From Octopus vulgaris (lineage: Eukaryota): a stretch of 64,000 nucleotides of DNA. Below are positions 39,687-53,315 of this stretch, one piece after another (within the stretch, counting starts at the first letter, position 1; every line of letters begins with the position of its first letter). Position numbers and translations under genes: made by a program. Location of the stretch: assembly GCA_951406725.2 (NCBI GenBank), contig OX597817.1, forward strand, positions 154,256,001 to 154,320,000, given 5' to 3'. A model generated the notes under the pieces. It was given only the letters and a program-made list of their open reading frames with translations. It was not told the origin of the DNA and made no database searches.

Positions 39687-40627
39687 GGCAGTTTGTCTGT
39701 CTGTGTTTCTGTGTGTCTGTCAGGTTGTACCCTCACCCTGACCACGGCTTTCAACCGATTCTGATGAAACTTGACACACACATAGCCCAATGTCATAATT
39801 CAAAACTAACGCAGCGAAAAGTTTGAAAAGTTCCCCTAGTTCTGAAAAAAATCGATAAATTCGACATGGGGGCGAGAATCAGAAACACAAACCACAGACT
39901 GTCTAGGGGACGCAACTCGACCTTTTCAACTCTTAACTTCATTAATATCCAGCTACTTGAAGCTATTCCTGGTGATGTCCACGTCTACAAATCTATTGAT
40001 AGGACAGCAGACCCCGCCGAGCTTGCCGATTATCCTGTTGAATTCCTGAATTCACTTGAACCGCCAGGCCTGCCGCCACACATCCTGAAGTTAAAAGTCG
40101 GTGCGCCCATTATGCTCATCAGGAATTTGGTTCCACCTAAACAGTGCAACGGCACACGTCTGGTTGTGAAACATTTGCCACCACATTTAATAACGGCCAC
40201 AATACTTACCGGTTATGGGAAGGGAGAGGACGTCTTCATTCCACGCATGCACCTTCAACCGTCGGGCGCTGACCTACCAATCCACTTCAGGCGTTCTGTT
40301 TCCTGTTAAGCTCTGCTTCGCAATGTCCATCAATAAATCCCAAGGCCAAACGCTACAAGTCGCTGGGTTACAGTTGGGCGAACAGTGCTTCGCCCACGGT
40401 CAACTCTACGTGGGCTGTTCACGTGTTGGGAGGCGCAATGATGTTTTCATGTTTTCGCCCAAAGGGACAGCTAGGAACATTGTATACACAGAAGTATTCG
40501 AGTGAAGAGAAGACATTGCAACCTACACATGCGCCTTCGTTCCCTAGAGGGAAAGGACTAGATTGGGATTAGTCGTTGCCTACTAGGGGCTCTTATATAC
40601 CCGGGCAACGCCGGGTTATGCTGCTAG
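39681..40627 (+). mobile_element. Internally deleted Helitron with helicase C-terminus
   Basis: YPVEFLNSLEPPGLPPH...CNGTRL, a frameshift near 40290, then FPVKLCFAMSINKSQGQTL...HGQLYVGCSRV; 3' cccgggcaacgccggg...CTAG|T. Confidence 0.92.
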
Positions 40628-41393
40628 TATATATATATATATATGATAAATATATAAGGCTGTAGCAAGAGTAATAGTAAAAATGGCTAGCTACCAGATA
40701 GGTAAGCCAATAACGGTCTGACAAATACCCTGACGAAAAAGACAAACAGAAGGTAGTATCAAGAATTTGAACCCGGAAACGAACCAACAACTGTACCTGA
40801 TTGAAAATGCACTAAGAAAGTCTCAGTAAAACACTATAAAGGAATAGTGTTAAAAAAAATGTAAGAAACGTCGTAATTTAAGGAGTAAAACAATAAATGA
40901 CAACAGGCAGCTAAGATAAAATGATATGAGAACAGTAAATATCATTTTCAGTTGAACAAGTTATTTGAAAATAATCAGAAGAGATTATTTGGAAAAAATG
41001 AAGGGAGTAAAATGTCACAACGATGAAGTAGCAGATGGTGAGAGAAACAGAAAATGTTGTACTGGTATATGGAATAAGAAAGGTAACTTCAACTTGGAAG
41101 CAGGGTACATAGACAATGTAGAAGACGGATTAAGACAAGTAAAACACGTCGATTTAGTAGTAATTGTTTTGAAGCTCATTGCAAAATAAAGCTTACAAAT
41201 TACTTAATTGGAAAGAACCCACGCCAGACAGACTGCAGTGGATCTGGTTAAATAACATTTAAATAGTCAGGAAAATACTAAGTTTTTAAATGAATGTCTT
41301 TGAAGTGGAGGTATTCCAAATGGAATGAGAAACGACTAAAGGCAACCCAATGAGAAATTAACACAAAGTTTACTAAGGTCCCAACTATATACC

Positions 41394-42361
41394 TATTTCT
41401 TTACTACCCACAAGGGGCTAAACACAGAGAGGATAAACAAGGACAGACAAACGGATAAAGTCGATTACATCGACCCCAGTGCGTAACTGGTACTTATTTA
41501 ATCGACCCCGAAAGGATGAAAGGCAAAGTCGACCTCGACGGAATTTGAACTCAAAACGTAGCGGCAGACGAAATACCTATTTCTTTACTACCCACAAGGG
41601 GCTAAACACAGAGGGGACAAACAAGGACAAACAAACGGATTAAGTCGATTACATCGATCCCAGTGCGCAACTGGTACTTATTTAATCGACCCCGAAAGGA
41701 TGAAAGGCAAAGTCGACCTCGGCGGAATTTGAACTCAGAACGTAACGGCAGATGAAATACCTATTTCTTTACTACCCACAAGGGGCTAAACACAGAGGAG
41801 ACAAACAAGGACAGACAAACGGATTAAGTCGATTATATCGACCCCAGTGTGTAACTGGTACTTATTTAATCGACCCCGAAAGGATGAAAGGCAAAGTCGA
41901 CCTCGGCGGAATTTGAACTCAAAACGTAGCGACAGATGAAATACCTATTTCTTTACTACCCACAAGAGGCTAAACACAGAGGAGACAAACAAGGACAGAC
42001 AAACGGATTAAGTCGATTACATCGACCCCAGTGCGTAACTGGTACTTATTTAATCGACCCCGAAAGGATGAAAGGCAAAGTCGACCTCGGCGGAATTTGA
42101 ACTCAGAACGCAACGGCAGACGAAATACCTATTTATTTACTACCCACAAGGGGCTAAACACAGAGAGGACAAACAAGGACAAACAAACGGATTAAGTCGA
42201 TTACATCGACCCCAGTGCGCAACTGGTACTTATTTAATCGACCCCGAAAGGATGAAAGGCAAAGTCGACCTCGACGGAATTTGAACTCAGAACGTAACGG
42301 CAGACGAAATACCGTTAAGCATTTCGCCCGGTGTGCTAACGTTTCTGCCAGCTCGCCACCG
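41394..42361 (-). mobile_element. SINE B pentamer: one complete monomer plus four head-less 184-bp units within one TSD
   Basis: Units start at 41389, 41573, 41757, 41941 and 42125; TSD tcccaactatatacct at ~41379 and ~42363. Confidence 0.92.
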
Positions 42362-45300
42362 TTCCCAACTATATACCTCTAACTTATTTACTTCTACTAT
42401 GTAAATTGTAACAAGAGTGCTGGAGAAATTCTATTTATATCCATCTATAAGATAATAAAAAAGTTACCATTGAAAATAAATTGCTTTAGCAACGAGAGGG
42501 TCGATTGCAACAAGGCAAAGATACGCTCCTTCTCTATAGGATTTTGACGACATTTAAAATGTTTGGGGTTTTCAGTTTTTGTTCTTACTCCTCTATTCCT
42601 ACTTTTCCACTCTCTACCACCCTTACTTTCCTTTCCTTCGTTTTCTACACATCTACGCATTTCAGTCAAAGAATCGCCCATTCTCCAAACTTATAACCTT
42701 CACCTTCAATCACTCAATCAATGTATATACATTTAAAATTCATTTTAGCGACAAATTTACATATGTAATTAATTAGAGATATCATTCCTTTAAACAGATT
42801 AAAGATATTATCGCCTTAAGACAAATTGCTAATAGGAATAGCGAGAAAAATTGTTCACAAGCAATTACGAAGCAAAATATAATTTAAATTTGTCTTATAA
42901 ACACCTCGTGTTAAAATCTTCATTTTCATAATGAACCGTTTGTAATGGAAAAGTTATCACAAGACTTAACAGCCAATCTGGTAGTTGAATACAATATTGA
43001 TCTCTCACTGTAATACGAGGCCACTGATTGGTTAGATTTGTAATTTAGAACGTAGAACATAACGGTACTTAGTCTCACACTCAAATGTTTCTACTACTCC
43101 ACTTTTAATAAATGTTTTTTCTTATGTTGATAAAATATAACTATCGACATCGTGTTCTAACCATACCTCTGGCCACTCAGTATTTGACACTCACCTTTCT
43201 TTGCTAAGTAGCAGCCAAATTTTCCCTTGGCAAAATTCAGAGACAGAAATGGTAGCGAGGGGAGATAAATACTAGATTTTCTACATACTGGTCTCTGTTT
43301 TTCTGGTCATATTTTCCTAATCGTTAAAATAGGTACCGAGTAATTACTGGTCCGTTCAATTGCCTATATATCTGCCTAGTATTACTGTGAACTTGAGCCG
43401 AAATGAGAAACCATTTTTGACACTCGTAGTATTGTGACAAAAATGGAATTGTGTAAGGAAATCTTTAAGGGATCATGCTTAGCAATATTTAATTCTTTTC
43501 GAATTCAAATTCCATTGAACTCAATTTAGTCTTTCATGCCCACATCCGTCATAATAAGAGTCATTGATTTAATATGGATTTAATGAACATCCTTCTTACC
43601 AATAAAAAAGATGCTTTAAAAAGCAAAATATTGAGAAAATATATTAATTCCTTAAATTGCGATAAGCTCACATCTGTATAATGATTGGGTGAAGCAATGA
43701 AATTGTCGGTAAAGAAGGTACGTATTCCACTGTATACCTCCATTATGTTTGCTTTGTTTTTTGTCTTTCCCTAGAGATGTAAAAACAATCAATTTACTCA
43801 GGAATTTTGATAAAATGAAATACGTTATTGTATTTAGTTAAATGCTCCTCCTGTGTTTGTCATGTTCCTACACTTCAAGTCAACAGATATTTCAGGAATA
43901 GACGAGCATTCAACCCTCTAGGTTGCACATATGACAAATTTGATCATAGCTCCACCGTTTTAAATAATAAAAGGACATATTAAATAATGTACTCGTGCGT
44001 GTCTCTAAAAGGACAGGATGGTCATGGATGGAATATCATAGATCATTTATCTTCTAGATCTCAGTTGATATCTGCCTAAACAATAACAACAACAACAAAA
44101 ATATTTTAGTAGTATATCCTAAAATTAGACATTTGATATTTTTAGAACTGTACTTTTTACGTTAGAGAAAGACTGTTTCTGTTGCCTTGGTAGATACAGA
44201 AGTAATAATTTTACCGATGACTTCCATTAAAATGAATCAAGCGGAATTACATGTACTAACACTGATTAAATCACCATAGCATAATTTTTATTTTATTTTA
44301 TTTTTATCTTTTTTATTTATTTGTTTTGTTTCGGTTTTTTGTGGGGTTCTTTTTTTTCAATAAAGGAACGAGAAAGGGAATATTCCGTTAAATATCAAAT
44401 TTACAATTACTGGTTTCTGCTGTGTTAATTGGCTCAGAAGATTACAGTTAACACCACGTGAATTTACTTAATTAAGTGTTAATATCGAAAATTGCTTCTA
44501 GCACAAAATTACTTTTCTCTCATTTCAAGAAAAAAAAAAAGACGGTAATGTTTTCATTTTGTGAAACTTTTAGAATACACAAGAGATTTATTATTGAAAG
44601 AAGAAAAAATTACTTTAAATTGAAATGAACGCGGAGTCTTGATTTCTGTTACAAAGTCATTAGGGATACAATAAGATTAGTAGTTTCTGTCGTGATGGAT
44701 TGCTTCAACAATTTCCATTTACGCTTTAAAAAAAATGTCCTCCTCTTAAACTGGCAATGTTAATGGAAGTATTCATGTAATACTATTTACATTATGTTCT
44801 AATTAAGCCGCATACAATACAACAGACTCGTGCTCAATAAATATTTATAAGAACTATAGAATATGATGAAGTAAATTTAAGTTTAAGATATAACTATAGA
44901 ATAAATCAAGTTTCAAATAGTTAATGAAATCACATTCTTTAAACTTCTAAAATTTACCATGACAATATTTGTTTCTGATCTGATCGTTAAAGTGAGGAAT
45001 TTTCAAGTTTCCAATCAAAGGAAGTACTGTTGAAATATTATCTCCAGTGCTTGCTTCTCCGAAAGAAAATAAAGCACACATAATTCAGTGTATCTCAGTT
45101 CAACTAAATAAATAGGTATCCTAAACATGGCAAGTAACCTTGGTATTCCGTTATCGATGAATTTTTTTTAGTGCACAATAATGACAGTTTATCAACTTAA
45201 CGTTACGACATTTATTTTCCAAAGTCATTCGGTTAAAACGAAAATTATTTACCGCTGCACCAAAGAGATTTTCGGTTCTTCTACTGTTTAAAATAAGTCT

Positions 45301-45921
45301 ATAGGGACATGAAAATTATTTGAATAAAAAGTTAATCTTGGGTTCTATTTGATTCGGCATAAAGATTCTAGTTTTTTTCAGAGAAAGTGCAAAAGGGATG
45401 GCACGATGTCCATGAATTTCCTAAATAGCTGTATTATGGTATTATGGTATCAGTTGTTCAGTAGTTTATATCTTGAGAAACTGTCCATGTCCCACTCACT
45501 TCCCTGGATTTCACATACACACAGACGTGCATACACGCGCACGTGCAGACAGTTACCTATATATATGTATATCTAACATTTAAGCATAGACAAAGGTGAA
45601 AAAAAAAGCAATTTTAATTCCGTAGACTCGTGTTAATGAATTTACACTTAATGTTTGTTACTATTATAACTTTCCTACCAACAGAGTAAATGACGCAAAA
45701 CGTCTTTACTTAAGAATCGAACTCGGAAATTTGGCTTATCGACGCCAGAAGATCAACAGTTTCCGTTGAATAAAAAAAAGTTATTATTGCTTTCTTTTTG
45801 ATTCCTCAAAAAGATACTGTATTGTTTTAATTTTTTTCAGAGAAAGTGGAAAAGGGATATCGCGACATCCATGCATTTCCCAAATAGCTATTTTCTGTCT
45901 GGCTCACATACATTGATATTT

Positions 45922-46320
45922 TATTTCTTTATTGCCTACAAGAGGCTAAACATAGAGGGGACAAACAAGGACAGACAAAGGAGTTAAGTCGATTACATCG
46001 ACCCCAGTGCGTAACTGCTACTTAATTTATCGACCCCGAAACGATGAAAGGCAAAGTCGACCTCGGCGGAATTTGAACTCAGAACGTGACGGCAGACGAA
46101 ATACCGCTACATACATTGATATTTATTTTAGCAATCAACAATGCCTATTTCTTTACTACCCACAAAGGGCTCAACACAGAGGGAACAAACAAGGACAGAG
46201 AAACGAATTAAGTCGATTACATTGACCCCAGTGTGTAACTGGTGCTTATTTAATCGACCCCGAAAAGATAAAAAGCAAAGTCGACGTCGGCGGAATTTGA
46301 ACTCAGAACGTAACGGCAGC
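45922..46320 (-). mobile_element. Two adjacent 5'-truncated SINE B copies
   Basis: 45922-46109 and 46146-46320, separated and flanked by a repeated tacattgatat...agcaatcaacaatgcc. Confidence 0.85.
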
Positions 46321-47052
46321 TACATACATTGATATATATTTTAGCAATCAACAATGCCGAGAGGAATCGCACGAACTATTTGAAATAGCAAAACATTAAA
46401 TCCATTACTGAAATGCTTCTAAGGACTCACTATTTCTAACTGTATAAAGTTTAATCCCTACGAGACGTATTTACTATTATTTAGCGTCAGCTCAATCCCT
46501 GTCAAAGATATTCCAGCATTCTAATTTTTTAGACACAGTAAATCTTGTACCAGATTATCCAAAGCGTACCTTGTGGGGGTAGGGCTTAAAACGGTGGAAT
46601 ATGAAATGACGGAAATTTCGCAATTATTTCTATCAGTTCAGCAGCCATTTACAGGCTTCTTCCTATTTATCAAAAGGACTGTAGAAAATCTAAACTCAAT
46701 TAAACAGTGTTAGTCTTTTGCTACTAATGAAAATTACTCACTGTTATATTTGCATTTTGATTGTTTTCTGTGTTTATTATTCTACGCACAACAGTGACTT
46801 TATTTGTCGTATATAGTTTAATCACATACAAACACATCAATGTCTTCCTGCAATGTAAAAATATAACGTTGGTAGGTCAAACTATCATAAATTTATTCAT
46901 TCTTTCCTGTGTAAAGTCTGAAAGAAAATATTTAAAAAAAATTTTATATTTTATTTTATTTTGAAGCAATGTATTATATCATTCATAAAACACATATACA
47001 CACTAAAGCTTGCACACAAACTCAGAGACACTCTTGTTTACATACATATATG

Positions 47053-47103
<51 letters not shown>

Positions 47104-48091
47104 CCCTAACATAAAAAAAGGTCAATTGGCTGGAAAATATGCGTAGTAAATCCAATACCTGTTCGCTATCGCTTACTTTTGACTTAAATTATATTATTAA
47201 ATGGCGTAACTCAAACAATAGAAAATTATTTTTCAGCATATTATAAATGGATAACCCACGCATAAAAGTTTTCCAAATATATAGACATTCCGGGCTGCAG
47301 CGACAATAACTGTTAGTATCTACTCATCTTCTCTCTTTCCCCCCGCTTTCTGACTCATTCACATATTTTCTTTTTTTATATCTCAACTTGTGAACAACAG
47401 CAATAACGTTGAGTATAGATTTCTCGTTTATGCATTAAGTAATTGTTAGCAGGGAAATAATAGCTGTTTCGGTCCAGCATTCAGGTCCAGCTCAATCCCT
47501 GAATGAGACGTATGAACCACAGTTCTTCATTCGTGAACATCTCTATCTGTTTTAAAGGCAGAGCTTCAGTTTTTCTTTTATTTTAAGATGGTAGAATGTG
47601 ATTTCTAAGAGGATCCTCTGTCATTTCTTGCAGGCTGAGCGACCACACAAAATGCTTTCATGTTGACCCAGACAGTAACACTTTTATTTATGTTGCAGAA
47701 ATTCGATGCATTTGCACCGAATGCCAAGTAAAACAGCATTAAAGTAAATTAAATTAATGTATAAGCGATACATATATACAATACACGTTATGTCCATTAA
47801 AAAAAAATGAATAACAATTTCAATAAATATAAGCGTATATTTTCAAAGCTAAATTTTATCTCTGAACAACGGTAGCTAGCAGAATTATTGTATTTGATCT
47901 TCATATGAACACTGTCTTTCAATATTGCACAGTCAAAATGTTTGTTCATTATCTTCAGTAAAATGTACTTTACAATATAGATGTGTGTCTAGGTACTTAA
48001 ACTTAGACACCAAGCCAGTTCGGTATAGTCCACACAGCTCTAAGTTAGGTGAACAGAATGTAAATAAGTAACAAAGATATCCAGGTATCAA

Positions 48092-48178
48092 TACATTACG
48101 ACCGTTTCGAGAAGCTCCATTTAATCGATCAATGAAAACATTACATCAATTTGAAAGAAACCGCTCTCCTCAGACGTA
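48092..48178 (-). ncRNA. Type I hammerhead ribozyme (CUGAGGA core, long stem II)
   Basis: Minus strand: tacgt-CTGAGGA-gag...ctc-GAAA-CGGTCG-TA-atgta; stem I is 5 bp. Confidence 0.78.
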
Positions 48179-49029
48179 GATGACCATATAGATTTCCATC
48201 ATAAAGGATAAACCATTTTAAACAAATTTATATCAATACCAGTAACCAAAATAATTACATTGCTTCCTTATGTTATATTTATGGCAGAATGAGTTTAGAA
48301 GAAAATGCATATCTTATGAAGCCTATATAATTTAGAGAGAAGCAGAGGAAAATAGTGGGATTCAAGATATAGGAGTAGTGAGAAAGTTATTTATATTAAG
48401 AAGGTTTTACGCAGCATATAGCCGACAACTATTTAGAATTAAATCCATTGGAGGTTGTCATCTGTGTTTCCACTTGATGGTGATAAATCAATTAATGTCA
48501 GACAATCTCCCAGACCCTTATTTTACTGGAACCATATATCTAGCTTTATCTACATAAAAGGATATGTCTCAGAGCTCTAGTAAGAGAATGATGGAGAAGA
48601 GGTGATAGCTAGAAGAAGGAAGGATTTTTGGATCGGTTCGATTTTCAAACGGAACAGACCATGTGCTCAGATCCTCGAGATTGCTTGGAGATACAAAGCA
48701 GGTTATAAAAGCTGCCCATCCACGTGTCTTAACAGCAAGAAACTATTAGTAGCTCTTATCATTTAATGTACTGTGTGTACATTAAATGACATTTATCTCT
48801 CACTGGGTAGAGTATTCCTTTTGTTTATCTTGCCTTAATAGAAAAATAAACTCTGTGTTGTCTCTCACTGGTGGCGGATTCTTTATTTTTCCTGTAACTT
48901 GAAGGTTTCACAAAAGACACCGACGATCGGGTAAGTACCAGACGTAAAACAGATGCTACTGTCAATTTGATTAGCAAAAGACAAAAGTGTGTTGGTGATG
49001 GATTCCTAATCTCTATTATTATATATATC

Positions 49030-49416
49030 GTGGAGGCGCAATGGCCCAGTGGTTAGGGCAGCGGACTCGCGGTCGTAGGATCGCGGTTTCGATTCCCAGA
49101 CCGGGCGCTGTGAGTGTTTATTGAGCGAAAACACCTAAAGCTCCACGAGGCTCCGGCAGGGGATGGTGGTGATCCCTGCTGTACTCTTTCACCACAACTT
49201 TCTCTCCTCTTACTTCCTGTTTCTGTTGTACCTGTATTTCAAAGGGCCGGCCTTGTCACTCTCTGTGTCACGCTGAATATCCCCGAGAACTACGTTAAGG
49301 GTACACGTGTCTGTGGAGTGCTCAGCCACTTACACGTTAATTTCACGAGCAGGCTGTTCCGTTGATTCGGATCAACCGGAACCCCCGTCGTCGTAACCGA
49401 CGGAGTGCTTCCCTCC
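49030..49416 (+). mobile_element. tRNA-derived SINE family D with a 13-bp TSD
   Basis: Head tggcccagtggttagggcagcggactcgcggtcgtaggatcgcggtttcgattccc; TSD tattatatatatc at 49017-49029 and 49417-49429. Confidence 0.88.
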
Positions 49417-49639
49417 TATTATATATATCAATTGAGATTAGGATTCCATCACCTACACAAAATCATTTAGAGATATTATTAAATACAGTTACACTTGAAA
49501 CAATTAGCTAAACTGCTATTACATATATATTTCGAGTAATCACCGTCTCCCACTGCTTTTATAGATGATGTGATAATAGCTAAAATCTGAAACATATTGG
49601 AACTATCATATATATATACATACATACACACACACACAC

Positions 49640-49671
<32 letters not shown>

Positions 49672-50207
49672 TATATAATATTAATTAGAGACAAAACCAC
49701 TATTTTGCAAAACAAACAAGGAAAGACTTAATCAATACATAAAATTTTAATAAAAAGTAAAAAATAAAAAATAAAAAGTAAAAAATAAAAAGTAAAAAAG
49801 TAAAAAATAAAAAGTAAAAAACAAAAAGTAAAAAATAAAAAATAAAAAGTAAAAAATAAAAAGTAAAAAATAAATATATATTTATATTTATATGATATTT
49901 ATATATATATAAATATATATTTATATTTATATGATATAGTATATGTGTGTGTGTATACATACATACATACATACATTGTGGTTGTGTCAAGTGATGCTTG
50001 TTGAATACTTATGATATTGGAGTATCTTACTGGATGCATATGAAATCTCACTTGAATTTCTCATGAAGTCTCATCGTTATTATATCACCGCCAGCTTCAT
50101 AGTAAATGCGTGTATATATGGTGTATATATACAAGCTGTTACGTCCTACTCATTTGAATCCCAGTCTGGATTTCTCTCTCTTTCCCTTTTCTTCTCTCTC
50201 TTTCTTA

Positions 50208-50267
<60 letters not shown>

Positions 50268-50286
50268 CTCAAGAGAAAATAATATG

Positions 50287-50504
50287 TATTTCACTACTGC
50301 CCACAAGGGGCTAAACACAGAGGGGACAAGCGGATTATGTCGATTACATCGACTCCAAGGCGTAACTGATACTTAATTTATCGACCCCGAAAGGATGAAA
50401 GGCAAAGTCGACCTCGGCGGAATTTGAACTCAGAACGTAACGGCAGACGAAATACGGCTACGCATTTCGCCCGGCGTGCTAACGAGTCTGCCAGCTCGCC
50501 GCCT
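50287..50504 (-). mobile_element. SINE family B, TSD agagaaaataatatg
   Basis: Full-length reverse copy. Confidence 0.9.
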
Positions 50505-51406
50505 TAGAGAGAAAATAATATGATGTTGCACCATTTTTTATTGTGGGCCTTTTAAAAAGCTTCAGTATAAGATGTGTTGGTTCTCCTACTTCCGAATTGA
50601 GGAAGAGATAGATATAATTTTCTTTTATCGATATCAGAATCAGTCGTCAATTAACTAAAGAATTGCTCAGATGGGCTTAAAAGCGCTCGCGTTATCGTCG
50701 TGTTAATCACACTTCCTTTAATGACATTTATATGGGTTCCTTTCTTTGGATCCCTACACATAAAAATAGACTGTGTGTTAAATCATGCTAGTGACCTGGC
50801 GTTATATGTTAAATGTCTATGCATTGTAACACTCAATGTTATCAAGGTGTTTATTGCGTGATCAGCATGAGAGTAGAAGACTGCTTCACTGGTTTTATCC
50901 GTTTGGTTTCCTTCAAGCTAATTAGCTTCATTTCAAATTATGCTTATATCCCTCACAATATTCTTTGTAACTTTTCCATAACTTTTGTCCAATTTCTAGA
51001 CATTATACTACCATGTATATATCTACCAGAATATATCTCTGTCTACGTAGTGGCAAATTCATTGAATAAAAATATTTCATTACTTTTTGTTGATATTTTT
51101 AAATATATGCGAGTAACGAACACCATACAACAGTTAACCACTTGACAAACTATGAACACAATCTATTATCGATTGTGGGTCAGACAGGAGTTAACTTCAG
51201 CTACATTACCAATATCCTTGAGAATTATATGAAGATAACAGTCTCATGGACACAGGTTCGTGTGTCACATAGCTAGCTAGAGGCAATGGCCTCCTGGAGC
51301 TAATCAACGGCAGCATTCGTCTTATATTTCTGGACTGCCATATTAGCTTGGCGATAACTATTAATATATATTAATTTCGTTTTGTACTTTCTAACTAAAA
51401 ACCGAA

Positions 51407-51461
<55 letters not shown>

Positions 51462-51704
51462 TGCATATATATGACTGTATATTTTCGTGTAAGAAACTTT
51501 TCTCTCACTGCTTGACGTGTTGGATTCTCTACGTCTGCTGTAACTTAGTGTTTCGACGACAAAGGAGACAGATTGAGTAAATAGCAGATATAAAGTACAT
51601 ACCGGAATATATTTGTACTACTTAAGCCCTCAATGTGATGCCCCGACATAGCCGCAGTAATTTTTCTGAAACAAGTAAATTATTAAAGTAGGTATACATA
51701 TATA

Positions 51705-52052
51705 TATAAATTAGAGATAAAACCACTATTATAGACATAAACCAAAACATAAATAACAAATAGAATATATTTTTATAAAACACATAACTAGTTCTCAAAA
51801 AGTATAAAAATGAATAATCAATATATATATATATATTGATTATTCATTTTTATACTTTTTGTGATCAAGTTATATGTTTTACAAAAATATATTTTATTTT
51901 TTATTTATGTTTTGGTCTATGTCTATCACTGTTTGAGCAGCATAATAGTGTTTTTATCTCTAATTTATATTTTATATATTTATATTGTGAAATTTGATTT
52001 AATACTAAATTGAACTTTTCCCTGTAAGTTTGGAGTTACACTCCCTAATATT
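51705..52052. repeat. Asymmetric palindrome (arms ~51705-51825 / ~51832-51968, plus extension); same end family as 12012-12335
   Basis: aaattagagataaaaccactatt / aatagtgtttttatctctaattt; extension ttttccctgtaagtttgga...ccctaatatt. Confidence 0.85.
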
Positions 52053-52076
52053 ATATATATATATATATATTAGCTG

Positions 52077-52290
52077 AAGTGTACAGGGTTAAATATCTAT
52101 TACGGCCGATCTCACCAATATGTTAGGTACTAATTTGGATGTGTAACATTATTGAATCCCTAACTCGGAACTGATTGGTAAGATCTGCCGTAATGAATAT
52201 ATATAATACTGTACACTTTGGATAATATACCCACTTTATTGACAGATATACGAGAGAATTTTTTTCCTGACTTAAATACTCTTAGACGAC
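52077..52290. repeat. Diverged asymmetric palindrome
   Basis: aagtgtacag..attacggccgatctcaccaat..gttagg / cctaac..attggtaagatctgccgtaat..ctgtacactt. Confidence 0.7.
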
Positions 52291-52338
52291 TTGCACGCAT
52301 ATACATACATATACATACAAATATATACATATACATAC

Positions 52339-52428
<90 letters not shown>

Positions 52429-52547
52429 GAGGGCATTATTACAGATAAATGCCTCGCACTAAGAGGGACATAAGTCATTTCTACCAAAAATTTCACTAAT
52501 CATACCCAATGCAGTTTTTCAAAGCAAGACATTTAAAAAATGAATTT

Positions 52548-52615
52548 AGTCCTATATCACCTGTGATTTCGCACTCACCGCATAAAAATTTGCGTCCATG
52601 CTCATCGGTAGAACT
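52548..52615 (-). ncRNA. Hammerhead ribozyme, CCGAUGA variant (left arm)
   Basis: Mirror image of 52997-53064. Confidence 0.75.
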
Positions 52616-52996
52616 GATTCTGAACACATCATAAATAAACTACCAGCACTGTCGAAGTCGAACAGCCAACTGATCTTTCTAACGAAGCACATGGAGAAGT
52701 TTATAAATCATATATCCGGTAAATGGCGGGCTTTTTCGAACTGCATTTCGGGTAGGAAAAGTTTTTTCGGAATAAATTTAACAATTAAGGATAACTTATT
52801 AAGAAGTTATTAAGAAGTTATCCTTAATTGTTAAATTTATTCCGAAAAAACTTTTCCTACCCGAAATGCAGTTCGAAAAAGCCCGCTATTTACCGGATAT
52901 ATGATTTATAAACTTCTCCATGTGCTTCGTTAGAAAGAGCAGTTGGCTGTTCGACTTCGACAGTGCTGGTAGTTTATTTATGATGCGTTCAGAATC

Positions 52997-53064
52997 AGTT
53001 CTACCGATGAGCATGGACGCAAATTTTTATGCAGTGAGTGCGAAATCACAGGTGATATAGGACT
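52997..53064 (+). ncRNA. Hammerhead ribozyme, CCGAUGA variant (right arm)
   Basis: agttcta-CCGATGA-gca...tgc-GAAA-TCAC ag GTGA-TA-taggact; 7-bp stem I, AUA triplet. Confidence 0.75.
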
Positions 53065-53315
53065 AAATTCATTTTTTAAATGTCTTGCTTTGAAAAACTG
53101 CAATGGGTATGATTAGTGAAATTTTTGGTAGAAATGACTTATGTCCCTCTTAGTATGAGGCATTTATCTGTAATAATGCCCTCTATATAATATAAATTAA
53201 TATGTTCAAAGGAAAAAATTATTTTCGAATTTTTTCTCTTATGAGGTTTTTCACGCTATCTACCTGATAATTTCTTGTTAAGATTCCTTATTAAGAAGTT
53301 ATCCTTAATTGTTAA

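Larger units (their letters stand above)
37880..41375 (+). pseudogene. Decayed R4/Dong-like non-LTR element (37880-38255 + 40640-41375) split by a mariner and a Helitron
   Basis: Pieces: TLVIWNKIG and FLSNLELEEL; QLNKLFENNQKRLF and LNWKEPTPDRLQWIWL (compare R4/Dong NWKAPGPD..GYW). Confidence 0.55.

Noticed and set aside
39760-39775. CTGATGAAAC
   Set aside because: Part of the Helitron subterminal accgattctgatgaaactt motif; no stem II.
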